43,247 nt of DNA, taken from NCBI GenBank assembly GCA_001567365.1, contig JZEL01000014.1, forward strand, positions 1-43,247, written 5' to 3'. This document shows positions 1-9,098 of this stretch, piece by piece. The position numbers were made by a program, and so were the translations under genes. A model generated the notes under the pieces. That model was given only the letters and a program-made list of their open reading frames with translations. It made no database searches and had not been told where the DNA came from. Each line of letters starts with the position of its first letter. The first letter of the stretch is position 1. This DNA is from Parcubacteria bacterium OLB19. GTDB lineage: Bacteria; Patescibacteriota; Minisyncoccia; Phycocordibacterales; UBA918.

Positions 1-73
1 CTGGACAGACTAGGTGGTAGATAAAGAGAGTTTTGTTATGTGGTTTAATTATGTGTTGTGGTTTGCCTGACAT
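1..73 (-). CDS. tnpA: IS200/IS605 transposase TnpA, N-terminal fragment cut by the window edge
   Basis: 24 codons read manually, ending YHLVCP; GGAGG and TGnTATGCT lie just upstream. Confidence 0.75.
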   Translation of the reverse strand, partial: MSGKPQHIIKPHNKTLFIYHLVCP

Positions 74-136
74 TACCTCCTAGCATAACAGAGTTTACCC
101 CGATGCAAGCATGCGGGGTAATTTTTTTGGAATATA
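1..136 (-). mobile_element. IS200/IS605-family element, left end plus 5' part of tnpA, running off the window
   Basis: Minus-strand ATG at 73 gives MSGKPQHIIKPHNKTLFIYHLVCP, matching the Y1 TnpA N-terminal pattern (H..K.HN...YHLVCP). It is preceded by the imperfect hairpin TTACCCCGcATGC-TT-GCATCGGGGTAA. Positions 10-136 are the exact reverse complement of 43121-43247. Confidence 0.8.
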
Positions 137-150
137 ATTTTTATTACAAC

Positions 151-471
151 TTAAACTCCTGGTTTTTTCTCGCGCGTCTTAAATGCTATGTTGTTTAATT
201 TTTTATGAATCGAAAGAGCAGAAAAAATATGAGGAGCTATATCTTGATTGCAGTGGACAGCGACTTTTTGAATACCTTGTCCAGAAATAATTAGTTCCAT
301 TCCGGCATTAGTGAAGCAGGCGGTAACCCGGCGTTTGCCACTTTGGCTTTTGCTTTGAGTTATGATTCCAGGAGAAATCATCTCTACTCCTGGAATTGTT
401 TCTAAGATCCGTACAACCTGTTCGGCTGTTTCGGTGAGGGTAGTATGTGTCCCACCGCGAATATTTTTCAT
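151..471 (-). CDS. DUF2103-like small protein
   Basis: GGTHTTL...IPGVEMISPGII...G.GIQKV pattern resembles DUF2103. Confidence 0.55.
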   Translation of the reverse strand: MKNIRGGTHTTLTETAEQVVRILETIPGVEMISPGIITQSKSQSGKRRVTACFTNAGMELIISGQGIQKVAVHCNQDIAPHIFSALSIHKKLNNIAFKTREKKPGV

Positions 472-596
472 TGTTACTATTATGACATCTTCATAGAGCA
501 GTGTCTATAGTTTATTTGACTTTCTATATTTTTCTGGTATCGTTGTATGTGAAGCGGTACTTTTTATATAATTATTTTATAATCTGAGGAGTAAAG

Positions 597-902
597 ATGA
601 ACGAACATGTCAATATGACTGGGGTACCAGATGGTACGTATATAGGTACTTTTACTAAAATGGAGATGTGTAAGCTTGGAGTAAGTTTTCAGTTTACAAC
701 AGCTGATTTTAATTCAAATTTAATCAATCATGTTTCAAGATTCCAGAAAATGTTTAGGATTTATCCAAATATGATTGAAGAAGTACAGAAATTATATAAT
801 TCTGACAAAAAAGTAGCTGTCAGATTCGAAACAGGAAACATTGTTGAAATCTTTGATTTGGTTTCAATAGTGTCAAAGCAGTCAGAAAGTATTGCGGCTT
901 AG
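597..902 (+). CDS. hypothetical protein
   Basis: 101-aa ORF with GAGGAG RBS and a downstream terminator hairpin. Confidence 0.6.
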   Translation: MNEHVNMTGVPDGTYIGTFTKMEMCKLGVSFQFTTADFNSNLINHVSRFQKMFRIYPNMIEEVQKLYNSDKKVAVRFETGNIVEIFDLVSIVSKQSESIAA

Positions 903-917
903 TCATTAATCCTTACC

Positions 918-987
918 AAAACCCACCAAAATACGGTGGGTTTTATTAAATTTAAAAAACCACCGGACCCTAAGTCTGGTGGTTTTT
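918..987. terminator. two back-to-back bidirectional intrinsic terminator hairpins
   Basis: AAAACCCACC/GGTGGGTTTT (918-944) and AAAAACCACCGGAC/GTCTGGTGGTTTTT (955-987), between convergent genes. Confidence 0.75.
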
Positions 988-1008
988 ACTACTAAAGTTT
1001 GGTATTTG

Positions 1009-1467
1009 TTAATTTATATCATCAGCATAACATGTGTAAAGAACTTTCGTTTGGGTAGATTGTGTACTTATATCAGTAATTACACAATGTTTTTCACCCC
1101 ATTTTGAAAGACCGCCAAAAGTTCTGGTTAAGTTAGTGGTTACACCCATTTTCTGATCGTAAAAAGCCAAACTGCTACCCATCTCACCTGATAAGGCACT
1201 GACTCCACAACCATTAAGTAAGTTTATTGTCGTTTTCTTATCACTACTTTCATTGTATGTGGTTAAAACACTTCCACAAGACATTCTTGGTTCAAAAGAA
1301 TTTGAAACTGGTGTAGCTGCTACGGTTGGCTTTTCGGTTGGCTTTTTTAGACTTGCTGCCGATGTTAATTCTGATGAGCCGTAAAAAAAGAAAGCTGAAG
1401 CAATTAAAATTAGAGCTGAAGTTAGTACAAAGGATAGTGTCTTGTAAAATCTTAATGAATTATTCAT
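1009..1467 (-). CDS. hypothetical membrane-anchored or secreted protein with 4 Cys
   Basis: Likely start ATG 1467 (MNNSLRF), N-terminal hydrophobic helix; the longer ORF start overlaps the rpsS promoter. Confidence 0.6.
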   Translation of the reverse strand: MNNSLRFYKTLSFVLTSALILIASAFFFYGSSELTSAASLKKPTEKPTVAATPVSNSFEPRMSCGSVLTTYNESSDKKTTINLLNGCGVSALSGEMGSSLAFYDQKMGVTTNLTRTFGGLSKWGEKHCVITDISTQSTQTKVLYTCYADDIN

Positions 1468-1569
1468 TTGGTAAATATAATTAGGTTTTATAAATTTAAA
1501 ATTATTATTTTGTAGTATATAAAATAATAAGTATCTAAATTGTATCATAGTAAAAAAGCCGTTTTTTCG

Positions 1570-1786
1570 TTGACTTTTACTCATTTTTACAGTACTCTAG
1601 CCAAGTTCCAACCTCAGTGAGGAGTTAAGAATCTATCTAAATTCTTAGTGTCGCCTCACAAAAAGTTAAGGAGAATTTAATTTATAAAGCTTTGAGAACC
1701 TCTGTTAAGGACGGCCGTTACCTTTCTTTACAAGAGGTTCTCAAAAAACGCATCAAAAGTGCGTTATTATTCGTATAGTTAAATGT
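1570..1786 (+). promoter_or_regulatory. sigma70-like promoter and structured ~185-nt leader of rpsS
   Basis: TTGACT(1570)-17-TACTCT(1593); stems 1617-1659 and 1691-1745. Confidence 0.6.
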
Positions 1787-2128
1787 ATGTCACGATCACT
1801 CTATAAAGGACCATACGTAGATGAGAAGTTGCTGAAGAAGATCGCCGGAAAAAAACCCGGAGAGAGTGCTGTCATCAAAACTTGGGCACGCGCTAGCGTA
1901 ATTGCTCCGGAAATGGTTGGCTTCACGTTTGGTGTCCATAACGGTAAAGAACATATTCCAGTTTCAGTATCTGAGGAAATGGTTGGTCATCGTTTGGGCG
2001 AATTTTCACCAACTAAGAAATTCCATCGTCACGGAGGTAAGATGCAAAAAGAACTTGAACAGAAGAAAAAGCAGGCAGAAATTGATGCAGCTAAAGCTGC
2101 TAAATCAGCCGCTTCTAATAAGAAGTAG
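1787..2128 (+). CDS. rpsS: 30S ribosomal protein S19
   Basis: [12 protein letters not shown]...[12 protein letters not shown]. Confidence 0.98.
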   Translation: MSRSLYKGPYVDEKLLKKIAGKKPGESAVIKTWARASVIAPEMVGFTFGVHNGKEHIPVSVSEEMVGHRLGEFSPTKKFHRHGGKMQKELEQKKKQAEIDAAKAAKSAASNKK

Positions 2129-2138
2129 TATTTGAGTT

Positions 2139-2462
2139 ATGAAAGCAATTCTAAAAAATTACCGACAATCACCACGTAAAGTACGTTTGGTGGCTGATGT
2201 GGTACGAGGAAAGAAGGTGAATGATGCCATCACCACGCTTCGCTTTGTTGATAAGCGAGCTGCTGGTCCGTTTACCAAGGTTATCGAATCAGCTGTGGCT
2301 AATGCTGTACAAGCTGGCAAGTCAGCTGATCGTCTCTTTATTAAGAAAGTAGCGGTTGATAAGGGTAGTGTTTTGAAGCGTTTTATGCCACGTGCGCGCG
2401 GTTCTGCGTCACGTATTAATAAGCGTAACAGTCATATCCTAGTCGAACTCGGTGAGAAATAA
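2139..2462 (+). CDS. rplV: 50S ribosomal protein L22
   Basis: RQSPRKVRLVAD...PRARGSASRINKRNSHI. Confidence 0.98.
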   Translation: MKAILKNYRQSPRKVRLVADVVRGKKVNDAITTLRFVDKRAAGPFTKVIESAVANAVQAGKSADRLFIKKVAVDKGSVLKRFMPRARGSASRINKRNSHILVELGEK

Positions 2463-2467
2463 TACTT

Positions 2468-3184
2468 ATGACACACGTAGCACATCCATATGTTCAACGT
2501 ATCGGTGTCAACCGCGACTGGAAGAGTCGTTGGTTTACCGCCGATCCAAAGAAGTTCCGTGAATATCTACGTTCTGACGCAGAAATCCGTCGTCTTCTAA
2601 CTAAGAAGCTGAAGGGAATGTCAGTTGATACGGTTGAAATTGAACGCAACCAAAAAGATATTCGCATTATTATTAAAACAGCTCGTCCAGGATTGATTAT
2701 TGGTCGAAGTGGTGAGGGAGTAGTGAAGTTGAAGAAAGACATCGATATGTTGCTTCGCACTCAAAAACTTACCAATAAGCCAGAAATCAAACTTGATATC
2801 GAAGAAGTTCGTTCACCAGAATCAAGTGCCAACATTGTTGGACAAATGATCGCTGAAGGACTCGAAAAGCGTCTAACTTTCCGTCGTGTTATGAAACAAT
2901 CGATTGAGAAAGTTATGGCTAATCGAGATGTACAAGGAGTACGTATCATTCTTTCTGGTCGTCTTGGTGGAGCTGATATGGCACGAAAGGAGGAACTTAA
3001 GAAGGGTCGAATTCCTCTCCAGACTTTGCGTGCAGATATTGATTTTGCTCGCGTTACTGCTCGTCTACCTTATGGTGCGATTGGTATTAAGGTTTGGATT
3101 TATCGTGGACAGGTTTTCACTGATCGTAAAAGCGGTCAAGCTGAAGCTCCTTCACGTCCAACTCGTGCCCCTCGTAAAGGCTAA
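2468..3184 (+). CDS. rpsC: 30S ribosomal protein S3
   Basis: KH motif ARPGLIIGRSG; GRIPLQTLRADID. Confidence 0.98.
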   Translation: MTHVAHPYVQRIGVNRDWKSRWFTADPKKFREYLRSDAEIRRLLTKKLKGMSVDTVEIERNQKDIRIIIKTARPGLIIGRSGEGVVKLKKDIDMLLRTQKLTNKPEIKLDIEEVRSPESSANIVGQMIAEGLEKRLTFRRVMKQSIEKVMANRDVQGVRIILSGRLGGADMARKEELKKGRIPLQTLRADIDFARVTARLPYGAIGIKVWIYRGQVFTDRKSGQAEAPSRPTRAPRKG

Positions 3185-3195
3185 TAGAAAAACAT

Positions 3196-3630
3196 ATGTT
3201 ATTTCCAAAGAAAGTAAAACACCGAAAGTGGCAAGTTGGTAGACAAAATGAGACTAAGCGCGCTACTCCTGATACTCGTGGTATCACTGTAGCTTTTGGC
3301 TCTTTTGGTCTTAAGGCTACTTCACCATCACGTGTGCGTTCTAATCAAATTGAAGCCGCACGTCGTGTGATTTCAAGAACAATCGGTAAAACCGGAAAAA
3401 TCTGGATTCGTATTTTCCCTGACAAACCAATTACCAAAAAAGCGGCTGAAGTACCGATGGGTAAGGGTAAGGGTGATTTGGATCATTATGTGTTTGAAGT
3501 TCATCCTGGACGCATTCTCTTTGAGGTCGAAGGAGTGTCAGAGGATTTGGCTCGCGAAGCTTTTCGTAAAGCAACAGCCAAGCTTCCATTACAAGGTAAA
3601 CTTGTACGTCGTGAGGAAACGACTGCGTAA
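3196..3630 (+). CDS. rplP: 50S ribosomal protein L16
   Basis: [11 protein letters not shown]...[13 protein letters not shown]...MGKGKG. Confidence 0.98.
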   Translation: MLFPKKVKHRKWQVGRQNETKRATPDTRGITVAFGSFGLKATSPSRVRSNQIEAARRVISRTIGKTGKIWIRIFPDKPITKKAAEVPMGKGKGDLDHYVFEVHPGRILFEVEGVSEDLAREAFRKATAKLPLQGKLVRREETTA

Positions 3631-3641
3631 TCTATTTGCCT

Positions 3642-3842
3642 ATGATTAAAATGTCAGACATTAGAAATAAGTCGGAAGCGGAATTGGTTGAGATCGTGAA
3701 TACTGCTCGCGAAACCGTTCGCGCTGAACGCTTTAAGGATAAATTCAGTCGTAAGGCTGGAGTTATCAATGGTGCTAAAACAGAAATTGCTCGAGCACTA
3801 ACCGAATTAACAGCTCGTCGTCGTAACAATGACGCTAAATAA
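3642..3842 (+). CDS. rpmC: 50S ribosomal protein L29
   Basis: Position between rplP and rpsQ; ...KTEIARALTE; start probably ATG 3642 or 3651. Confidence 0.88.
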   Translation: MIKMSDIRNKSEAELVEIVNTARETVRAERFKDKFSRKAGVINGAKTEIARALTELTARRRNNDAK

Positions 3843-4108
3843 TGAGTATGACTACTGAAAATACAACAACTGTATCAAATCGTCGTACTTTGCGTGGAAC
3901 TGTAGTTTCAACTAAAATGCAAGACACTATAACGGTAGCTGTCGAGCGTTACGTACAACATCCAAAGTACAAAAAGTTCATGCGACGTACGAAGAAGTAT
4001 TTGGTACATGATGCAGGTAATACTGCTAAAGAAGGAGAAGTGGTCGATATTAGGGAAACACGCCCGTTATCAAAACGAAAGCGTTTCGAACTCGTAAAGA
4101 CAAAATAG
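3842..4108 (+). CDS. rpsQ: 30S ribosomal protein S17
   Basis: GTVVSTKMQDTITV...ETRPLSKRKRF. Confidence 0.98.
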   Translation: MSMTTENTTTVSNRRTLRGTVVSTKMQDTITVAVERYVQHPKYKKFMRRTKKYLVHDAGNTAKEGEVVDIRETRPLSKRKRFELVKTK

Positions 4109-4109
4109 T

Positions 4110-4481
4110 ATGATTCAACCACAGACAATTGTTAAAATCACTGACAACTCTGGCGCTAAGATCGGTCGAGTATTCAAAGTGCTCGGCGGTTCAAAAAAGC
4201 GTTATGCTGAACTCGGTGAAGTAGTGGTGCTTTCAGTACAAGTTGCTGAACCACGCAAGCAAATTAAGAAGAAGGATGTTGTGTACGGTGTAATCGTACG
4301 TCAACGCAAGCCTTTCCGTCGAAAGGATGGTTCATACGTAAGTTTCGATGATAACGCAGTAGTTATTATCGACAAGGTGAAGAAGGAGCCACGCGCTAAT
4401 CGTGTGTTTGGTCCGATCCCACGTGAACTTGCAGAAGCTGGTTATCAGAAAATAGTTTCATTAGCACCTGAAGTGGTGTAG
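4110..4481 (+). CDS. rplN: 50S ribosomal protein L14
   Basis: MIQPQT...DNSGAK...FDDNAVV...SLAPEVV. Confidence 0.98.
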   Translation: MIQPQTIVKITDNSGAKIGRVFKVLGGSKKRYAELGEVVVLSVQVAEPRKQIKKKDVVYGVIVRQRKPFRRKDGSYVSFDDNAVVIIDKVKKEPRANRVFGPIPRELAEAGYQKIVSLAPEVV

Positions 4482-4505
4482 TGAAATGGATTAAATGATA
4501 TAGCT

Positions 4506-4817
4506 ATGAAAATTAGGAAAGGAGATACCGTGCAAATCATTGCCGGAAAAGATAAGGGCAAGACAGGAACAATTCTAACTGCTTTGCCAAGAACTGAACA
4601 GGTGATTATTGAAGGAATGAATGTAGTGAAGAAACACCAAAAGAATCGCCGTGTTCGTTCCCAAGGACAAATTATTGATAAGAGTTTACCGATTCACGTT
4701 TCTAATGTGGCTTTACTTGATGGTAACAAGCCGGTGCGTGTAGGGTACAACATTGAAGGTGAGGGTGAAAAGCGAAAGAAAGTGCGTGTTGCTCGCCCAA
4801 GTGGTAAGAAACTATAA
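4506..4817 (+). CDS. rplX: 50S ribosomal protein L24
   Basis: KOW motif GDTVQIIAGKDKGKTG; PIHVSNV. Confidence 0.98.
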   Translation: MKIRKGDTVQIIAGKDKGKTGTILTALPRTEQVIIEGMNVVKKHQKNRRVRSQGQIIDKSLPIHVSNVALLDGNKPVRVGYNIEGEGEKRKKVRVARPSGKKL

Positions 4818-4825
4818 AAATTATT

Positions 4826-5359
4826 ATGGAAACAACACAAACTCGCATTAAAAATGCATACGGTGCTTTGAAGACAGACTTTGGTTATACCAATGTTATG
4901 CAAGCGCCTAAGATAGAAAAAGTAGTGGTGTCTGTTGGTACTGGACGTGTACAAGACAAGGCGAAAATTGCCTTGATTCAGGATCGTTTGGCACAGATTA
5001 CTGGTCAAAAACCATCACCACGACCAGCTAAACAATCAATTGCTTCTTTCAAACTCCGTCAGGGTGATATTATTGGATATCAAATAACTCTACGTGGTGC
5101 TCGCATGATGCACTTCTTAGATAAGCTTATTCATTTGGCGTTGCCTCAAACTCGCGACTTCCGTGGTCTAAAGGTGACAGCTATTGATGATATGGGTAAC
5201 TACACTATTGGTATTAAAGAGCATACTATTTTCCCAGAGTGTGGTGACGAAGAATTGAGAGACGTTTTTTCTTTAGCCGTAACAATCGTAACCACTGCAA
5301 AGACAAAGAAAGAAGCTGAGGCTCTTTTGCGTCATATTGGTTTACCTTTGCAAAGTTAA
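4826..5359 (+). CDS. rplE: 50S ribosomal protein L5
   Basis: PKIEKVVVSVG...ITGQKP...RDFRG. Confidence 0.98.
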   Translation: METTQTRIKNAYGALKTDFGYTNVMQAPKIEKVVVSVGTGRVQDKAKIALIQDRLAQITGQKPSPRPAKQSIASFKLRQGDIIGYQITLRGARMMHFLDKLIHLALPQTRDFRGLKVTAIDDMGNYTIGIKEHTIFPECGDEELRDVFSLAVTIVTTAKTKKEAEALLRHIGLPLQS

Positions 5360-5405
5360 AAACACACAAAAGCACCGCCCGAAGGGCGGTGCTTTTGTGT
5401 GTTTT
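5359..5405. terminator. 22-bp perfect hairpin with cGAAg loop after rplE
   Basis: AAAACACACAAAAGCACCGCCC-GAA-GGGCGGTGCTTTTGTGTGTTTT. Confidence 0.8.
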
Positions 5406-5432
5406 AACAGCTGATTTATTATAGTAAAAATC

Positions 5433-5465
5433 AACCCTCTAGGCTTGTAACTAACCTAGAGGGTT
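5433..5465 (-). terminator. hairpin downstream of the two small minus-strand ORFs
   Basis: AACCCTCTAGG/CCTAGAGGGTT. Confidence 0.55.
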
Positions 5466-5470
5466 TGATC

Positions 5471-5647
5471 TCATTTTTTTAAACGATAGGGTAAGGTAAT
5501 TATTCCGAGACAAACAAAAATAATTAAAAAACCCTTCGTTAAATTATCTTCACCAATAACATTTCTCAATAACGTCCAAAAAATCACGAGAACAAACATT
5601 ATTAGAAAAAGCCAAAATTTATCATATTTCGCAATTTTTTCATTCAT
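5471..5647 (-). CDS. small 58-aa two-TM membrane protein, not in the ORF track
   Basis: Read manually: MNEKIAKYDKFWLFLIMFVLVIFWTLLRNVIGEDNLTKGFLIIFVCLGIITLPYRLKK; ATGA overlap with the upstream ORF. Confidence 0.5.
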   Translation of the reverse strand: MNEKIAKYDKFWLFLIMFVLVIFWTLLRNVIGEDNLTKGFLIIFVCLGIITLPYRLKK

Positions 5648-5772
5648 GCCGAACCCCCGTAATTATTTTTTGGCTTATGAAAAATACCGAGAAATTGAAT
5701 GACATACATTAAAAAAACAAACAAAATTAGAGCTGGAATTGGTGCTAAAATATTTACGAAACATTCTTTCAT
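5644..5772 (-). CDS. small 42-aa single-TM protein, not in the ORF track
   Basis: Read manually: MKECFVNILAPIPALILFVFLMYVIQFLGIFHKPKNNYGGSA; GGAG 6 nt upstream. Confidence 0.45.
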   Translation of the reverse strand: MKECFVNILAPIPALILFVFLMYVIQFLGIFHKPKNNYGGSA

Positions 5773-5945
5773 GTTGTTCTCCAGTTGGTGAAAAATGTAA
5801 ATGATACTACCCAAATGTAATTTTCTATTTTTTATTTTTGTTTGTCAACATTAGGTAAGAAGAAACCCCTACACACATTTGAGATGAGGTAGGGGTTGTG
5901 GTCAATTATCTGAGGAGAGCAGATAGTTTATGGTTTAACTAATGG

Positions 5946-6293
5946 TCACTCCAGCTGTCTGTATGCTGTCGTGGCCGGTGTGAAAAGATAAAGAGCGTAT
6001 TTGACTGTTACGATTAAGTGTTCAGCCAGATTTCTAAATGCTTGTTGAGTAACGATAAACAAGGATGACCGTCTCAGTGTCCAGGTAATCGAAACAGCGA
6101 GAGCCAGTATTACCATCATGATTGTGCTTGATGATGATAAAACCCCACTTCCCATAAATTCACTTTGTTGGAAAGCGGTAGGTAACATTGCCGTCAAGGT
6201 TGTAGACTCAGCAAACGCCATAGGTGCAAACAACGTAAAGAACAAGATTGAAGCCAAAGTGATGCAAGTTACAAGAGAATGTTTAATTCTCAT
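5946..6293 (-). CDS. hypothetical membrane protein (signal peptide plus TM)
   Basis: AAGGAG RBS, AFA signal-peptidase-like site, second hydrophobic helix, downstream hairpin near 5865-5897. Confidence 0.6.
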   Translation of the reverse strand: MRIKHSLVTCITLASILFFTLFAPMAFAESTTLTAMLPTAFQQSEFMGSGVLSSSSTIMMVILALAVSITWTLRRSSLFIVTQQAFRNLAEHLIVTVKYALYLFTPATTAYRQLE

Positions 6294-6328
6294 GGTTTTT
6301 ACTCCTTTGAAGTTTCAAGAAAAAACTG

Positions 6329-6486
6329 TTGACTTTATCCTTATTTTTCGGTACTGTAGCGGGTAAGGCGATTTTATAGGACTCAAAAAAACCTATATTT
6401 CGCTACCTAGCCCTACGGTTAGGTGATTATTAGGGGGTAAGTCACGGCAAACTACGTGATACTATCCCATAAAGTAAAACATAAAA
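6329..6486 (+). promoter_or_regulatory. sigma70-like promoter and structured leader of rpsZ(rpsN)-rpsH
   Basis: TTGACT(6329)-17-TACTGT(6352); stems 6368-6403, 6405-6424, 6442-6459. Confidence 0.6.
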
Positions 6487-6672
6487 GTGGCACGAAAATC
6501 AGTAAAGCTTCGCGCTGTGCGCGAACCGAAGTTTGCTTGCCGAGTCGTAAGACGTTGCAAGCTGTGTGGCCGTAAGCGAGGATACATGCGAGATTTTGAT
6601 ACTTGCCGTATCTGTTTCCGCGAACTTGCCCACGAAGGACATATACCAGGTATAAAGAAGTCATCATGGTAG
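6487..6672 (+). CDS. rpsZ: 30S ribosomal protein S14, Zn-binding type Z
   Basis: RCKLCGR...CRICFRELA...IPGIKKSSW; GTG start. Confidence 0.97.
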   Translation: MARKSVKLRAVREPKFACRVVRRCKLCGRKRGYMRDFDTCRICFRELAHEGHIPGIKKSSW

Positions 6673-7058
6673 GAGATATTATTGGCGACATGATCATTCG
6701 GTTGAAAAATGCCGGAGCAGTAGGTAAAACCCAAGTGGAAATGCCTTATTCAAAGCTTCGTCATGCAATCGCAGATAAGTTAGTCGCAGCCGGATATATA
6801 GAAAAGGCCGAGCAACAAGGAAAAAAAGTACAGAAAACATTAGTGATAACTCTGAAGTATGAAAACGGACGACATCGTATTGATGGCGTGAAGCGTATTT
6901 CAAAACCAGGTCGTCGCTTATACACAAAGGTCGCAGATATTCATCGAGTTAAGTTTGGTAAAGGGCATATGCTACTTTCTACACCAGCTGGTATCCTCAC
7001 AAATGAGGAAGCAAAGGCTAAGAATGTAGGTGGCGAACAGCTCTTCATCATTTGGTAA
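6666..7058 (+). CDS. rpsH: 30S ribosomal protein S8
   Basis: [13 protein letters not shown]...[10 protein letters not shown]...VGGE; true start ATG 6666. Confidence 0.97.
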   Translation: MVGDIIGDMIIRLKNAGAVGKTQVEMPYSKLRHAIADKLVAAGYIEKAEQQGKKVQKTLVITLKYENGRHRIDGVKRISKPGRRLYTKVADIHRVKFGKGHMLLSTPAGILTNEEAKAKNVGGEQLFIIW

Positions 7059-7062
7059 AAGT

Positions 7063-7593
7063 ATGAGTCGATTAGGAAAACAACCAGTAACCATTCCAGC
7101 CGGTGTCACAATTACATGTGATGGTGGATTACTAAAGGTAACCGGACCAAAGGGTACTCTAGAAAAACCAGTGCGAGCTGACGTAAATATTGTTATTGAA
7201 GGCAATAGCGTTGTTCTAACACCAAACGAAACTGTAAATGCTCCAGCTTTATGGGGTACTTACGCCGCTCATGTTCGTAACATGATTAAAGGTGTAACTG
7301 AAGGTTTTACCAAAATTCTTGAAATTGAAGGAGTTGGTTACCGTGCTGAGGTGAAAGGTAATCAGATTGTTCTCAGTATGGGATATTCACATCCAGTACC
7401 ACTAGAAATTCCAGCTGGTATTAATGTGTTGGTAGAGAAGAGTGTAGTTACTCTAAGTGGTATTGATAAAGAACTTTTGGGTCAGTTTGCAGCTAATGTA
7501 CGAAAAGTACGTAAGCCAGAACCATACAAAGGTAAAGGTATTCGTTATCGAGGAGAGTTTATTATTCGTAAACAAGGTAAGAAGGCTGCGTAA
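7063..7593 (+). CDS. rplF: 50S ribosomal protein L6
   Basis: MSRLGKQPV...RKPEPYKGKGIRY; true start ATG 7063. Confidence 0.98.
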   Translation: MSRLGKQPVTIPAGVTITCDGGLLKVTGPKGTLEKPVRADVNIVIEGNSVVLTPNETVNAPALWGTYAAHVRNMIKGVTEGFTKILEIEGVGYRAEVKGNQIVLSMGYSHPVPLEIPAGINVLVEKSVVTLSGIDKELLGQFAANVRKVRKPEPYKGKGIRYRGEFIIRKQGKKAA

Positions 7594-7614
7594 GCCCGTA
7601 ATGCGATTTGAGCT

Positions 7615-7965
7615 ATGGAAAAAACACAGTACAAAACAAGCAAGCGAGTATCTCGCCATAATCGGATTAGGGCTAAGGTGTCGGGTACAGCAGAACGTCC
7701 ACGCCTAGCCATCTTCCGAAGTAACCGTTTCATCTATGCCCAGTTAATAGATGATGTTGCGGGTAAAACACTAGCCGCTTCTGATTCACGAAAAGTAGAA
7801 GGTAAAACTTTAACTGAACGTGCTGGAGCTGTTGGTGCAGATATTGCCAGTAAGGCAAAAGCTATCGGTGTGAATACAGTAGTATTTGACCGTGGTGGTT
7901 TTCGTTATCAAGGTGCAGTAGCGTCACTAGCTGATAGTGCACGTACTCAAGGCTTGGTATTCTAA
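7615..7965 (+). CDS. rplR: 50S ribosomal protein L18
   Basis: [14 protein letters not shown]...[11 protein letters not shown]. Confidence 0.98.
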   Translation: MEKTQYKTSKRVSRHNRIRAKVSGTAERPRLAIFRSNRFIYAQLIDDVAGKTLAASDSRKVEGKTLTERAGAVGADIASKAKAIGVNTVVFDRGGFRYQGAVASLADSARTQGLVF

Positions 7966-8018
7966 GAGGAATTAATAAACAAAAATCAGTAAACGCTGAT
8001 TTATAAAAGAAAAACATA

Positions 8019-8629
8019 ATGTCAGAAACAAAACAGCAGGAAGCTACAACTGGCGTAGAGCCAGAGCTTGAGGTGACAGAAACCTCTACCGATGCACCAG
8101 CTGTCGATAGTTCAGATAAAACTGAACGCGGTCGACGAGGTGATAAACGTAATCAACGTCGTCCACGCCGTGGAGCCGGTCGTCCAGAACGTGTTCGTCC
8201 AGAATTTGAACAAAAATTATTAGCATCCGTCGTGTAACTCGTGTTATGGCTGGTGGTCGTCGTTTCAGTTTTTCTGTAGCGATGGTGATTGGTGATAAGA
8301 AGGGTAAGGTTGGTGTTGGTATTGGAAAAGCTGGAGATACACAGATGGCAATTGATAAAGCCATCCGCGACGCTAAGAAGAATATGATTACTGTACCAAT
8401 GAACAAGGATAGTCATATCCCTCATGATGTACACACTAAGTATTCTTCTAGTGAAGTAATGATTATGCCTGCACCTGGACGTGGTTTGGTAGCAGGATCT
8501 TCAGTTCGTACTGTGTTGGAACATGCCGGTGTGAAAGATGTAACTGCCAAGATCTTCTCCCGCAGTAAGAACAAACTTAATAACGCACGCGCTGCTGTCG
8601 AAGCGCTTAAACTTCTAAGGAAAAATTAG
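8019..8629 (+). CDS. rpsE: 30S ribosomal protein S5, split by a one-base deletion in the A-tract at 8212-8216 (probable sequencing error)
   Basis: Adding one A restores EFEQKIISIRRVTRVMAGGRRFSF. Confidence 0.95.
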
Positions 8630-8630
8630 T

Positions 8631-9083
8631 ATGCAGTTACATGAACTAAAACCAACCAATCCAAGAAAGACCGCTAAAAGAATCGGTCTTGGTGGTAAGC
8701 GTGGTAAAACTTCTGGTCGTGGAGGTAAGGGTCAAACCGCTCGTACTGGTAACAGTATGCGTCCAGAAATGCGTGACCAAATTAAGAAGTTACCAAAACT
8801 TCGCGGACATGGTAAGAATCGCGCTCGCACTGTAAACAGTGAAAGAGAAGAAGTGGTAGTGGTAAACCTAGCTCGCTTAGAAACTGTCTTTAAGGCTGGC
8901 GACACGGTGTCACCAAAGACATTGGTAGCTAATGGTGTAATTAACACTGTAAGCAAGCGCGCACCTAAAGTTAAGGTTTTGGCTACGGGTGAAATCACAA
9001 AGAAATTAACTATTGAAAACTGTCAAGTTTCAATGACAGCTAAGGAGAAGATCGAAAAAGCTGGTGGAAATGTTACAAAATAG
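8631..9083 (+). CDS. rplO: 50S ribosomal protein L15
   Basis: MQLHELKP...GKTSGRGGKGQTAR...KIEKAGG; follows rpsE directly, no rpmD. Confidence 0.97.
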   Translation: MQLHELKPTNPRKTAKRIGLGGKRGKTSGRGGKGQTARTGNSMRPEMRDQIKKLPKLRGHGKNRARTVNSEREEVVVVNLARLETVFKAGDTVSPKTLVANGVINTVSKRAPKVKVLATGEITKKLTIENCQVSMTAKEKIEKAGGNVTK

Positions 9084-9098
9084 GTACTATAGTAATGT

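Noticed and set aside
8019-8629. rpsE as a true pseudogene or programmed frameshift
   Set aside because: The gene is essential and otherwise intact, there is no canonical slippery heptamer, and other homopolymer indels occur in the window.
8629-8631. Missing rpmD (L30) as a novelty
   Set aside because: Absence of L30 is an established CPR trait; used only as a taxonomic clue.
1902-8998. Many alternative-frame and antisense ORFs over ribosomal protein genes
   Set aside because: They are shadow ORFs of well-conserved genes with no recognisable motifs.
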